64,000 nucleotides of DNA, from assembly GCA_965249675.1 (NCBI GenBank), contig OZ252250.1, positions 2,823,687 to 2,887,686 of the forward strand, given 5' to 3'. The notes beneath the pieces were generated by a model. It was not told the origin of the DNA. It was given only the letters and a program-made list of their open reading frames with translations, and did not search any database. Shown one piece after another: positions 55,050-64,000 of the stretch. Source of the stretch: Dehalococcoidia bacterium. GTDB lineage: Bacteria > Chloroflexota > Dehalococcoidia > UBA2979. How positions within the stretch are numbered: the first letter of the stretch is position 1; every line of letters begins with the position of its first letter. Both the position numbers and the translations under genes were made by a program.

Positions 55050-56771
55050 TCAGAAGCCCTGGTAGCGTGACGCCAGCGGCAGGCGGCGGTCCCGGCCGAA
55101 GGCGCGCGTCGTGATCTTGACGCCGGGCGGCGACTGCCGACGCTTGTATTCGTTGCGGTTGATCATCTCGATCACGCGCCGCACGGTCCACTCGTCGAAC
55201 CCGCGCGAGACGATCGCCTCGAGCGACAGGTCGTCCTCGACGTAGGCCTCGATGATCGGGTCGAGTATCTCGTACTCGGGGAGCGAGTCGGTATCGAGCT
55301 GGTCCGCTCGTAGTTCCGCCGAGGGCGCCTTGGTGATCGAGTTACGGGGGATCACCATCCCGATCGTGTTGCGGTAGCGGGCAAGTTCCCAGACCAGAGT
55401 CTTCGGCACGTCCTTGATCACCGCGAAGCCGCCGACCATGTCTCCGTAGAGGGTCGCGTAGCCGCAGGCGTACTCGGACTTGTTGCCCGTTGTCAGGACG
55501 AGTGACCCGGGCTGCTTGTTGGAGAGCGCCATCACCAGCATCCCTCGGATCCTGGACTGCAGGTTCTCCTCCGCGGTCCCCTCCGCCGTCCTGGCGAACT
55601 CGCTGCGCAGGGCGACCAGCGCCTCGTGGTGTATCGGTTCGAGCGGGAGAGATGCCAGCCGGATGCCGAGCCGCCTGGCCAGCTCCTCAGCGTCGGTGAC
55701 GGATCCGCGTGAGGAGAAACGAGACGGCATCGACACGCCGGTCACCTGCTTGGCCCCCACAGCGTCGACCGCAATCGTCGCCACCAGCGCCGAGTCGATC
55801 CCGCCGGAGACCGCCACCCAGACCCGCTCAAAGCCGCTCTTACGAAGGTAGTCACGAGTCCCCAGCACGAGACCGTCGTAGACCTCGGCGAGCGAGTTGG
55901 GTGCCTCCCTCTCTGTGCGTACGAGCGGCGGGCGAGCGCCGGCGAAGGGCGGCGTGATCGGCTGTGGCCGGAGCACCTCGTCGGGGCGGCGATCGCGGCG
56001 CAGGCGCGATTCGTGCAGCTGCTCCTGCTTGATCTCCTCAACCGGGATGTCGACCACCAGGAGCTCGGGCTTCATTGATGCGGCACGGGCGAGCACCTGT
56101 CCGCGCGAGTTGACGACCATCGAGTTTCCGTCGAAGACCAACTCGTCCTGCCCGCCGACCTGGTTGACGTAGACGACGGCGACGGTGTCGTCTGCGGCGC
56201 GGGTTGAGATCATCCGTTCCCGGTAGTGCGTCTTCCCGTGGTAGAAGGGCGAGGCGTTGATGTTCAGGATCACCTGTGCCCCGGCCAGCGCCTGCCGGCG
56301 GGCCGGACCCGTCGGGTACCAGATGTCCTCGCAGATCGTGACACCAACCGGTACACCGGCGATCTCAAAGACCTGCGTCCCGTGACCGGGCTGGAAGTAG
56401 CGAACCTCATCGAAGACCCCGTAGTTGGGGAGCATCTGCTTGCGGTAGGTGGCCACCACACGCCCGCCGTGGACGAGCGCTGCCGCATTGTGGAGCTGGC
56501 CGTCGTAGTCAAGACAGCCCACCACCAGGGGCGGCAGCCCGGCCGCCTCGGTGGCGAGCGCTTCCAGCTCAGCGGTGGCAACGGAGATGAAGGAGCCGCG
56601 GATCAGGAGGTCCTCGGCCGGGTAGCCGGGTAGCGCCAGTTCGGGGTAGACGACGATATCGGCCGCGAGGGCCGCCGCCTCTCGTGCCGCCTCCATGATC
56701 ACCTGTCGGTTCCCCTCGAAGTCACCAACCGTGGTGTTGAGCTGTGCGAGCGCCACACGCAGATTGTGCAC
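55050..56771 (-). CDS. nadE: Glutamine-dependent NAD+ synthetase
   Basis: PEL, K..LPNYGVFDE, ICEDIW (glutaminase), SGGIDS, ENLQSR, GNKSE, PSAEL. Confidence 0.96.
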   Translation of the reverse strand: MHNLRVALAQLNTTVGDFEGNRQVIMEAAREAAALAADIVVYPELALPGYPAEDLLIRGSFISVATAELEALATEAAGLPPLVVGCLDYDGQLHNAAALVHGGRVVATYRKQMLPNYGVFDEVRYFQPGHGTQVFEIAGVPVGVTICEDIWYPTGPARRQALAGAQVILNINASPFYHGKTHYRERMISTRAADDTVAVVYVNQVGGQDELVFDGNSMVVNSRGQVLARAASMKPELLVVDIPVEEIKQEQLHESRLRRDRRPDEVLRPQPITPPFAGARPPLVRTEREAPNSLAEVYDGLVLGTRDYLRKSGFERVWVAVSGGIDSALVATIAVDAVGAKQVTGVSMPSRFSSRGSVTDAEELARRLGIRLASLPLEPIHHEALVALRSEFARTAEGTAEENLQSRIRGMLVMALSNKQPGSLVLTTGNKSEYACGYATLYGDMVGGFAVIKDVPKTLVWELARYRNTIGMVIPRNSITKAPSAELRADQLDTDSLPEYEILDPIIEAYVEDDLSLEAIVSRGFDEWTVRRVIEMINRNEYKRRQSPPGVKITTRAFGRDRRLPLASRYQGF

Positions 56772-56925
56772 GATGCGCTCCGTTCGCTCCCCAGACCGTC
56801 TTACCGGATAGGTTAGACCGCCCGCTGGTGATCTCAAGCCGGGTGCCGTCGGCGTCGGGCGTCATCACGCGTGCCGGCGGACGAGCCGTCTCCCCCCGGT
56901 AGCGGTTGGGCCAGAAACGCCCCGG

Positions 56926-57291
56926 TTAGATCGTCGCGAGCAGGCGAGCCGCCGAGGCGTGTTCGGCAACGCCTCCGAGCGCATCTGAGGGGTCTGTCCA
57001 GAAGAGCGCAAGCAGCGCGATCAACACGGCCGTCCCGAGCACGAGCCCGAACAAGAACATCTGGGTAAAGAGCCGCGACTCGAAGCGCAGGTGCATGAAC
57101 AGCGCGACCACGATGATGAACTTGACGGCCGAGAGGATGATCAGGGCGGGGATCAGCACAGCTCCCAGGCTCGAGTAGGAGACCCAGAGTTCAACCACCG
57201 TGATGATCGTCAGGATGAGACCGATCAGCAGGTACTGCCGCGGTCCCAGCGGCGAACTGTGAGTTTCAGCGGAGTGTGCGTCGCCAGCCAT
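56926..57291 (-). CDS. ctaF: Cytochrome c oxidase subunit IV (caa3-type)
   Basis: 3 TM; TVVE, SAVKF..V..FMHLRFE. Confidence 0.85.
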   Translation of the reverse strand: MAGDAHSAETHSSPLGPRQYLLIGLILTIITVVELWVSYSSLGAVLIPALIILSAVKFIIVVALFMHLRFESRLFTQMFLFGLVLGTAVLIALLALFWTDPSDALGGVAEHASAARLLATI

Positions 57292-57305
57292 CAGCGGGTC
57301 CCTCG

Positions 57306-57908
57306 CTATGTTGGAATCAGGTAGATGATCGTGAAGATCACGATCCAGACGATGTCGACGAAGTGCCAGTAGAGCCCGGCGATCTCAAGGTGCGTGCCGG
57401 TATCCCGCCCGAGCCCGTTTCGTCTCCCGGAGGCGATCAGGAGCGACGCCAGGTAGAGCACGCCGACGCCGACGTGGGTCCCGTGGAAGCCGGTCAGCAC
57501 GAAGAACGAGGAGCCGAACTGGTTGGTGCTGAGGTTCAGCCCCTCGTGGGCGAAGGTGCGGAACTCGTAGACCTGGAAGCCGAGGAAGATGAGCCCGAGC
57601 AGGACCGTAGAGAGCAGCATCAGCTTGAGCATCAGCGGCTTGCCGTGCTGGGCGCCGTAGACGGCGAGCACCATCGTCACCGAGCTCATCAATAGCACGA
57701 ACGTCGAGACGGAGGTGATCGGGATGTCCAGGACCTCATCGGGAAGCGGGCCGACCAGCGACTCGCCCTTGTAAATGAGGTAGGTCGAGATCAGCGATCC
57801 GAAGAAGAGGCACTCAGAGGCCAGGAAGATCCACATCAGCAGCATGCGGTTGTCGACACCGGTCGAGCTGTGATGTTCCGGCGGGGCTACGTTGCCTGCT
57901 GCTACCAT
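57306..57908 (-). CDS. ctaE: Cytochrome c oxidase subunit III
   Basis: WIFLASE, TGFHGTHV, YWHFVDIVW. Confidence 0.95.
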   Translation of the reverse strand: MVAAGNVAPPEHHSSTGVDNRMLLMWIFLASECLFFGSLISTYLIYKGESLVGPLPDEVLDIPITSVSTFVLLMSSVTMVLAVYGAQHGKPLMLKLMLLSTVLLGLIFLGFQVYEFRTFAHEGLNLSTNQFGSSFFVLTGFHGTHVGVGVLYLASLLIASGRRNGLGRDTGTHLEIAGLYWHFVDIVWIVIFTIIYLIPT

Positions 57909-57964
57909 CTCTGCTCCTCGTGCCGACCGCCCCCTCTTGGGGCGGCACCAGCGCTTCGCTCGGC

Positions 57965-59764
57965 CTAGTCGGTGGGCTCGAGCGCCCACCCCCAGACCGC
58001 GTAGACCATCACCGGGATCCCGAGCGCCGTGATCGCCAGGTGCGAGAGTGCACCGATGCCGACCAGCGCGAAGCCCGCCGCTAGGATCAGCGGGAAGTAG
58101 GACGGCGGCGGCATGTGGATGTGCTCGTCGGTCGGTTCGGTCGGCTTGATGTTGTGGTCGCGGTCGTACCAGACCGGGTCTCGGTCACGCACCACCGGTA
58201 TCACGTCGAAGTCGTGCTCAGGGGGCGGTGAGCTCGTTGCCCACTCAAGCGTGCCACCGTCCCACGGGTTGTCCCCGGCGTCCTGGGGCAGGCGCATCGT
58301 CTTGAAGAAGTTCCACAGGAAGACCAGGATCCCGACGCCGATGATGTAGGAGCCCCCCGTCGCCACGAGGTTCCACGTCTCCCAGCCGAAGCCGGCGTCG
58401 TAGGTGTAGATGCGCCGCGGCATCCCCGAGATCCCGAGGAAGTGCATCGGGAAGAAGGCGAGGTTGCTGCCGATGAAGACCAGCCAGAAGTTGAGCTGCC
58501 CCAGCCCCTCATCGAGCAGCCGGCCGGTCATCTTCGGGAACCAGTAGTAGATCCCCGCGAAGATGCCCATGATCGAGCCGCCGAAGAGCACGTAGTGGAG
58601 GTGGGCGACGATGAAGTAGGTGTCCTGCTGCTGGGTGTCCACGGGGGGGCTGGCGTGCATCACGCCGGAGATCCCGCCGATCGTGAAGAGCGCGATGAAG
58701 GAGACGGCGAAGTACATCGCGGTCGTGAAGCGGATACGCCCGCCGTACATCGTGCCCAGCCAGTTGAAGATCTTAATTCCCGTCGGGACGCCGATCGCCA
58801 TCGTGCTGGCCGAGAAGACGACCTGCGGCACGGTGTCGAGCCCGGTCGTGAACATGTGGTGACTCCACACCGCGAACCCGAGGACGGCGATCGCGACGCC
58901 GGCGAAGACGATCGCCGAGTAGCCGAAGAGCGGCTTTCTGGAGAAGACCGGCAAGACCTCAGAGACGATCCCCATGGACGGCAAGATCAGGACGTAGACC
59001 TCCGGGTGGCCGAAGATCCAGAACAGGTGCTGCCAGAGGATCGGGTCACCCCCATCTGCCGGCGTGAAGAAGGTGGTCGTGAAGTTCCGGTCGAAGTAGA
59101 GCTCGACCAGCGCCACCGTGATCACAGGCAGCGACAGGATCAGGAGGAAGTTGACGACGATCGTCATCCAGATGAAGACGGGCAACCGCATCATCGTCAT
59201 GCCCGGCGCCCGCATGTTGATGATCGTCACGGCGAAGTTCAAGGAGGCCATCATCGAGGAGGTGCCGAGCACGACCAGGCCGACCGTGTAGAAGTCCATC
59301 CCCATGTTGAGGGCGTACTCTTCGGCGCTGAGCGGTGCGTAGCCGAACCAGCCGCCGTCGGGGGCGCCCCCCAGGAAGAAGCTGCTGGTCAGGATCAGTG
59401 CGCCGGAGATGAAGACCCAGTAGGAGAGGGCGTTCAGGCGCGGGAAGGCGACATCGCGAGCGCCGATCATGAGCGGCACGAAGTAGTTGAAGAAGGCAGC
59501 ACCCATCGGCATGATCGCCATGAAAATCATGGTCAGCGCGTGCATCGTGAAGAACTGGTTGAAGCGGTCGGCATCGATCACAGCGCCGTTGGGGACCGCC
59601 AGCTGCGTGCGGATCGTGAGCGCCTCGAGCCCGGCGATCAGGAAGAAGACGAACCCGCTGACGCCGTAGAGAACACCGATCTTCTTGTGGTCGACCGTAG
59701 TCAGCCACGTCCAGATCGTCGTCTCCTCGTGAGCGAGGGGCATCGTGCCTTCGGCAGTAGCCAT
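57965..59764 (-). CDS. ctaD: Cytochrome c oxidase subunit I (A1 type)
   Basis: DHKKIG, GHPEVY, WSHHM, AHLHY, MPRR. Confidence 0.97.
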   Translation of the reverse strand: MATAEGTMPLAHEETTIWTWLTTVDHKKIGVLYGVSGFVFFLIAGLEALTIRTQLAVPNGAVIDADRFNQFFTMHALTMIFMAIMPMGAAFFNYFVPLMIGARDVAFPRLNALSYWVFISGALILTSSFFLGGAPDGGWFGYAPLSAEEYALNMGMDFYTVGLVVLGTSSMMASLNFAVTIINMRAPGMTMMRLPVFIWMTIVVNFLLILSLPVITVALVELYFDRNFTTTFFTPADGGDPILWQHLFWIFGHPEVYVLILPSMGIVSEVLPVFSRKPLFGYSAIVFAGVAIAVLGFAVWSHHMFTTGLDTVPQVVFSASTMAIGVPTGIKIFNWLGTMYGGRIRFTTAMYFAVSFIALFTIGGISGVMHASPPVDTQQQDTYFIVAHLHYVLFGGSIMGIFAGIYYWFPKMTGRLLDEGLGQLNFWLVFIGSNLAFFPMHFLGISGMPRRIYTYDAGFGWETWNLVATGGSYIIGVGILVFLWNFFKTMRLPQDAGDNPWDGGTLEWATSSPPPEHDFDVIPVVRDRDPVWYDRDHNIKPTEPTDEHIHMPPPSYFPLILAAGFALVGIGALSHLAITALGIPVMVYAVWGWALEPTD

Positions 59765-59800
59765 CTCATTCCTCCGCTGAGGGGCGAGCGCGGCTGCGCT

Positions 59801-60829
59801 CTATTGGAGTCCCTTTAGGTAGGCGACTAGTTGCTCAATCTGGTCATCGCGAAGGTTGAGGTCTGGCATCAGTGAACCAGGCTTCACCGCCGGCGGATCG
59901 GCAAGGAACGCGGTCATGGCCTCATCTGTATTCTCGATGATCCCCGAGGCGATCAGGTTCCGGCTGCCGACGTGCGTCAGGTCAGGTCCGATCACCGATG
60001 CCGCGTTGGTGCCGCGGATGGTGTGGCAGGCCGCACAGAGGGCGGTTGCGATCTTCTCACCGGCCACGGCCAGCTCCCCGACCGCCGGCTCGGCGTCCTT
60101 CAGCTGCGCCGCGACCCACGCCTCGTAGGCGCTGGGGCTCTCGACAATCACGCGGAAGCGCATGTTGGCATGCGAGGTCCCGCAGAACTCCGCGCACTGG
60201 CCATAATACTCACCCGCCTCATTGGGCGTGAACCAGAGATGGTTGTTGTGCCCTGGCACCATGTCGACCTTGCCGGCGAGCTGCGGCACCCAGAACGAGT
60301 GGATCACATCTTCAGAGCGGAGCTCGAAGTTGACCGGCCGGCCGAGCGGGATGTGGATCTCATTGGCCGTGACGAGGCCCGACTCAGGGTATTCGAACTC
60401 AAACCACCACTGGTGCCCCGTGGCCACGATCTCCAGGGCGTCGTCGGGCGCGTCGCCGGTCGTGTCGACGATCACCTGAAAGCTCGGGATCGCTATGAGC
60501 ACGACGATCACGACCGGGATGATCGTCCAGATCACCTCAAGGCGCGGGTTGCCGTGGATCTGCTTGGCGGGCGCGGCGTCCGGCCGGTCGCGGAAGACGA
60601 GGCTGAAGGCCAGGGTGAGCGTGAGCACGCCGACCATCACGATGCCGGCTAAGACCCAGATGAAGAGATAGACATCGTGGACCCGGTCGGCATTGTCGGA
60701 TTTGGGGTTGAAGGTGGTCTGCAGGTCGCCTGCCGTGCCCGCGGAGATCGCCCAGATGACCGCCGAGAGGAGCAACACCGCAAGCAGCGAGACGGCGGTT
60801 AACGCGAGTGCGCGCGCTGAAGGTCTCAA
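59801..60829 (-). CDS. ctaC: Cytochrome c oxidase subunit II with fused cytochrome c (caa3)
   Basis: DVIHSFW, CAEFCGTSHANM CuA site, CAACH haem c; TTG start with GGAGG at 60829 (ORF open from 60922). Confidence 0.95.
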   Translation of the reverse strand: MRPSARALALTAVSLLAVLLLSAVIWAISAGTAGDLQTTFNPKSDNADRVHDVYLFIWVLAGIVMVGVLTLTLAFSLVFRDRPDAAPAKQIHGNPRLEVIWTIIPVVIVVLIAIPSFQVIVDTTGDAPDDALEIVATGHQWWFEFEYPESGLVTANEIHIPLGRPVNFELRSEDVIHSFWVPQLAGKVDMVPGHNNHLWFTPNEAGEYYGQCAEFCGTSHANMRFRVIVESPSAYEAWVAAQLKDAEPAVGELAVAGEKIATALCAACHTIRGTNAASVIGPDLTHVGSRNLIASGIIENTDEAMTAFLADPPAVKPGSLMPDLNLRDDQIEQLVAYLKGLQ

Positions 60830-61063
60830 TCGATGCCTCCGCGAACCGGATAGCGATGCCTTCTGGACCAGTCGGGCCGCAGCCGAGGCTCCCCCCGTCA
60901 GCCGCCCGTAAGGGATTATCACCGCCTGCCGATTGCGGTCAAGCTAGACAAGCGCCCCCAATCGCGAGCGGGCCGCCCGGCGAGCCACTCCACACCGCCC
61001 GATCAAGTACCCACCCACCTGCACGATTGAATGCCGCGGACGCCGACCGTAGCCTCCTGGTGC

Positions 61064-61618
61064 ATGAAGCGGACACCCCTCGGACGAGTTCTGGTCGTCG
61101 CCTTCGGCGTCTCGGCGCTGCTGCTCGTTGCAACCCTTGCCGTGGCGCTCGAGCGCGGCATCGGGAACGATGCGCTGGGGCGAGCGAACAGCGCGCTCGT
61201 CCGAGCCGCCGATTTCTCGCTCGAGACGGTGAGCGGACGGAACTTCGTCCTCGCCGAGCACCGAGAGCAGCCCGTCTTCGTCTACTTCTGGGCGAGCTGG
61301 TGCGCGCCGTGCGAGTCGGAGGCGCCCCTCATCGAGTCGCTCTGGCCCGAGTACCGCGACCGTGGCTTCATCTTCGTCGGCGTCAACATCTGGGACTCAG
61401 AGCCCCAGGCGCGCGCCTTCGTGGAGCGGCACGGGCTGACCTTCCCGATCGCCCTGAACGACCAGAAGGCCTACCTGGATTACGGTGTATACGGCGTTCC
61501 CGAGGCCTTCTTCCTGGCGAAGGGCCTGCTCGTCGAGGCCAGGTTCATCGGTGAGCTGACCGAGGCCGAGTTGCGCGAGCATCTGGAACGGATTGCCGCG
61601 GCCTCGTCGCCCGGATGA
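61064..61618 (+). CDS. TlpA/ResA/CcmG thiol-disulfide oxidoreductase
   Basis: N-terminal TM, FWASWCAPC, YGVYGVPE. Confidence 0.9.
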   Translation: MKRTPLGRVLVVAFGVSALLLVATLAVALERGIGNDALGRANSALVRAADFSLETVSGRNFVLAEHREQPVFVYFWASWCAPCESEAPLIESLWPEYRDRGFIFVGVNIWDSEPQARAFVERHGLTFPIALNDQKAYLDYGVYGVPEAFFLAKGLLVEARFIGELTEAELREHLERIAAASSPG

Positions 61619-61680
61619 CCCCGGGTCACCGGCCGCCGGCGGCAAACCGGATCCCGGCGTCCTCTGAGGGGCAGCAGGCG

Positions 61681-62118
61681 ATGAGCAACCGAAACCGACT
61701 GCTGGCCGTCCTCCTGGTCTCCACGCTGGCGATCGGCGTGCTCGCCATCCGTGCCGCCTCGGGAGCGATCTCCTACTACGTCGAGCCCGACGAGTTCCTC
61801 GCCCAGGTCGCAGGCGACGCCGACAGCCGCTGGCGCGTCGGCGGCCGCGTCGTCTCGGGCACGATCACGCGCGAGAACGGTCGGCCCGTCTCCTGGGACC
61901 TCGTCGGCCCCGACGGCTCTCAGCTCTCGGTCCGCTATGACGGAGTCGTCCCCAGCCTCTTCACCGAGGGGGCCTTCGTGGTGGTGGAGGGGTCTCTGGA
62001 CGACGACGGGCAGGCACTCGAGGCGAGCAGCGTGGTGATCAAGCACGAGAACGAGTTCTTCTCCGACCCCTCGAAGGCGGTCTTGCCCGGCGCCACCGCC
62101 GCGCCCGGCGGAAACTGA
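61681..62118 (+). CDS. ccmE: Haem chaperone CcmE (HxxxF variant)
   Basis: TM anchor, YY..P.E, RVGGRV, YDGVVPSLF.EG..VVVEG, KHENEF. Confidence 0.88.
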   Translation: MSNRNRLLAVLLVSTLAIGVLAIRAASGAISYYVEPDEFLAQVAGDADSRWRVGGRVVSGTITRENGRPVSWDLVGPDGSQLSVRYDGVVPSLFTEGAFVVVEGSLDDDGQALEASSVVIKHENEFFSDPSKAVLPGATAAPGGN

Positions 62119-62174
62119 CCGGGGGGCAGCGCCCTGCTGCGGTTGGGAAAGGCCCCCGGGACGAGGGAGGCGCC

Positions 62175-64000
62175 GTGAACGTGATCGCGACCCTCGGCTC
62201 ATCCGCACTGCTGACCGCGCTAGCCGCCTCGGTCTTCGCGATCGCAGCGGCGCTCCTCGGACACCTCGGTGATCGCCCGCGTGCCGTCGTCGCCGCCGGG
62301 CGGGCGATCACCGCCGTCGCTGGCCTCCTCACGGCCGCCGTACTGCTCCTGGCCTACGCGCTCCTCACCAATGACTTCTCGATCAGCCATGTGGCACAGG
62401 TCTCATCGCGCGGGATGCAGCCGTGGATGAAGTGGGCTTCGATCTACAGTGGGCAGCCGGGCTCCCTCCTCTACTGGACCTGGATGCTGTCGCTCTTCCT
62501 CGGGATCTTCTCGCTCACTACCTTGCGTCGCATCCCCTGGGGCCGCCCCCACGCGATCGTCACCATGGGCGCCATCCTCCTGGCCTTCCTGGTGGCGCTC
62601 GTCTTCTTCGCATCCCCTTTCCGCACGAGCCCGGTCACCCCGGCGGACGGCCTCGGCCTCAACCCGCTGCTGGTCGACAGCGGCATGCTGATTCACCCGC
62701 CCGCGCTCCTGGCCGGACTGGTCTCCACGTCCGTCCCGTTCACGCTCGGGGTGACGGCGCTGGCGGCCGGGCGGCTCGATGCCGCCTGGGTCGGGCACGC
62801 CCGCAGCTGGGCACTCTTGTCGTTCCTGGTGCTGGGCACGGGCAACCTGCTGGGCGCCTGGTGGGCCTACACGGTGCTCGGCTGGGGCGGCTACTGGGGC
62901 TGGGATCCGGTAGAGAACTCGGCGATCCTGCCGCTCCTGCCGATCACCGCCTTCCTCCACTCCCTGATGGTCCAGGAGCGCCGCGGCATGCTGAAAGGCT
63001 GGAACCTGGCGCTGGTGCTGGCGGCCTTCGCGCTCGCCGTCTTCGGCACCTTCAACGTCCGCAGTGGGCTCGTCGCCTCGGTCCACTCATTCGCACAGTC
63101 CGAGGTCGGCGCCTACTTCCTCGTGCTGGTCGGTATCGTCGTCCTCGCCTCCGTGGTGCTCCTGGCCTGGCGCTGGCCGAGGCTCGGCGCCGACCACGAC
63201 TTCGACTCCTTCGCATCGCGCGAAACGGCGCTCATCATCAACACCTATGTCCTGGTCGCGATCGCGCTCGTGATCCTCGGCGGGACCCTCTTTCCGGTCT
63301 TCTCGGAGCTGGCAACAGGCGCTCGCATCACGGTCGGTCCGCCCTTCTTCAACGACACGACGGGACCGCTCTGGGTGGCGTTGTTGCTGGCCCTGGTGGG
63401 CGGAACCGTCCTGCCCTGGCGGCGGGTCGCTGGCGGCCTCCTCGCCCGACGCCTTCGCTGGCCGCTCGCCGCGGGCGCGGCGCTGGCGGCGGTGCTGGCG
63501 GTGCTCGGCATGGGGGATCCCTTCGCCCTGGCCACCGTGGTCATGGCCGCGCTCGTGCTGGTCGTCACCGTGCGTGAGTACGCGACCGGCACCCGCGCTC
63601 GCCGCCGAGCTGGGGACGGCAGCTGGCCGGCTGCCCTGGCCGGCCTGGTGAGGAGAAACCGCAGGCGATCGGGGGGCTACCTCGTCCACATCGGGATCGC
63701 GCTCGTGGCGATCGCAGCGGTCAGCTCCTACTCGTTCCAGGAGCAGGTGCGGATGGTGGTCGCCCCCGGGGAGTCCTTCGAGGTGGGCGGGCACACGATC
63801 GCCTACGACGGCCTCTTCTCGCGCCACCCGGGCGTCAACGGCATCGAGTCTGAGGTGGTGGCCCGCATCACCGTGGACGGCACCCACCAGCTCAACCCCG
63901 GCCAGCGCTTCTTCACCAACTTCCAGGGCCAGCCCGTCGCGATCGTGGCGATCGACGGCAGCCCGCTGCGGGACGTCTACGTCTTCGTGCAGAACTGGAC
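62175..64000 (+). CDS. ccmF: Cytochrome c haem lyase CcmF (3' partial)
   Basis: GTG with GGAGG; GLNPLL, IHPP, WAYTVLGWGGYWGWDPVEN (WWD domain), SVHSF; open to the window end, hence absent from the ORF track. Confidence 0.94.
   Translation, partial: MNVIATLGSSALLTALAASVFAIAAALLGHLGDRPRAVVAAGRAITAVAGLLTAAVLLLAYALLTNDFSISHVAQVSSRGMQPWMKWASIYSGQPGSLLYWTWMLSLFLGIFSLTTLRRIPWGRPHAIVTMGAILLAFLVALVFFASPFRTSPVTPADGLGLNPLLVDSGMLIHPPALLAGLVSTSVPFTLGVTALAAGRLDAAWVGHARSWALLSFLVLGTGNLLGAWWAYTVLGWGGYWGWDPVENSAILPLLPITAFLHSLMVQERRGMLKGWNLALVLAAFALAVFGTFNVRSGLVASVHSFAQSEVGAYFLVLVGIVVLASVVLLAWRWPRLGADHDFDSFASRETALIINTYVLVAIALVILGGTLFPVFSELATGARITVGPPFFNDTTGPLWVALLLALVGGTVLPWRRVAGGLLARRLRWPLAAGAALAAVLAVLGMGDPFALATVVMAALVLVVTVREYATGTRARRRAGDGSWPAALAGLVRRNRRRSGGYLVHIGIALVAIAAVSSYSFQEQVRMVVAPGESFEVGGHTIAYDGLFSRHPGVNGIESEVVARITVDGTHQLNPGQRFFTNFQGQPVAIVAIDGSPLRDVYVFVQNW

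Noticed and set aside
1-64000. Hundreds of overlapping antisense or alternative-frame ORFs in the track (e.g. 12291-13616+, 34014-35645+, 44181-45662-, 58442-59818+)
   Set aside because: Shadow ORFs expected at ~70% GC; Arg/Pro/Gly-rich, no motifs, and they overlap well-supported genes
1-64000. CRISPR array, tRNA, rRNA, prophage
   Set aside because: No regularly spaced repeat-spacer array, tRNA cloverleaf with T-loop consensus, rRNA signature or phage gene recognised by eye

Overview
A 64-kb high-GC (~70%), gene-dense bacterial chromosomal window. Gene content suggests an aerobic heterotrophic Chloroflexota (Dehalococcoidia/Tepidiformales/SAR202-like); this is inferred from the Tat-lipoprotein ABC binding protein, expanded CoA-transferase/thiolase/MaoC families, DarA, ThyX, Ku-LigD, and caa3 oxidase plus System I Ccm. 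Left to right: a Dpp/Opp ABC transporter; a CoA-dependent catabolic cluster (Ltp2-like thiolase-fold protein + DUF35, two family III CoA-transferase homologues, amidohydrolase, MFS, MaoC, CitE); a small membrane peptide + c-di-AMP receptor DarA; a decayed IS5-family element inserted at the stop codon of a K+-dependent membrane pyrophosphatase; tandem FmdB zinc ribbons; fabF, thyX, CapA, nfo and ferritin; an Mrr remnant; mch-mcd (ethylmalonyl-CoA-pathway-like); a molybdenum hydroxylase operon; NHEJ ku-ligD; folP; a three-gene operon whose DegT-like and ROK-like genes appear to encode pseudoenzymes; nadE; caa3 cytochrome c oxidase; and ccmG/E/F. No rRNA, tRNA or CRISPR array was seen. The most notable signals are intact genes whose canonical catalytic residues are replaced, unannotated small leaderless genes, and a candidate SOS box in front of an unknown gene next to ku-ligD. 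All family assignments come from motif recognition by eye; no database search was run.
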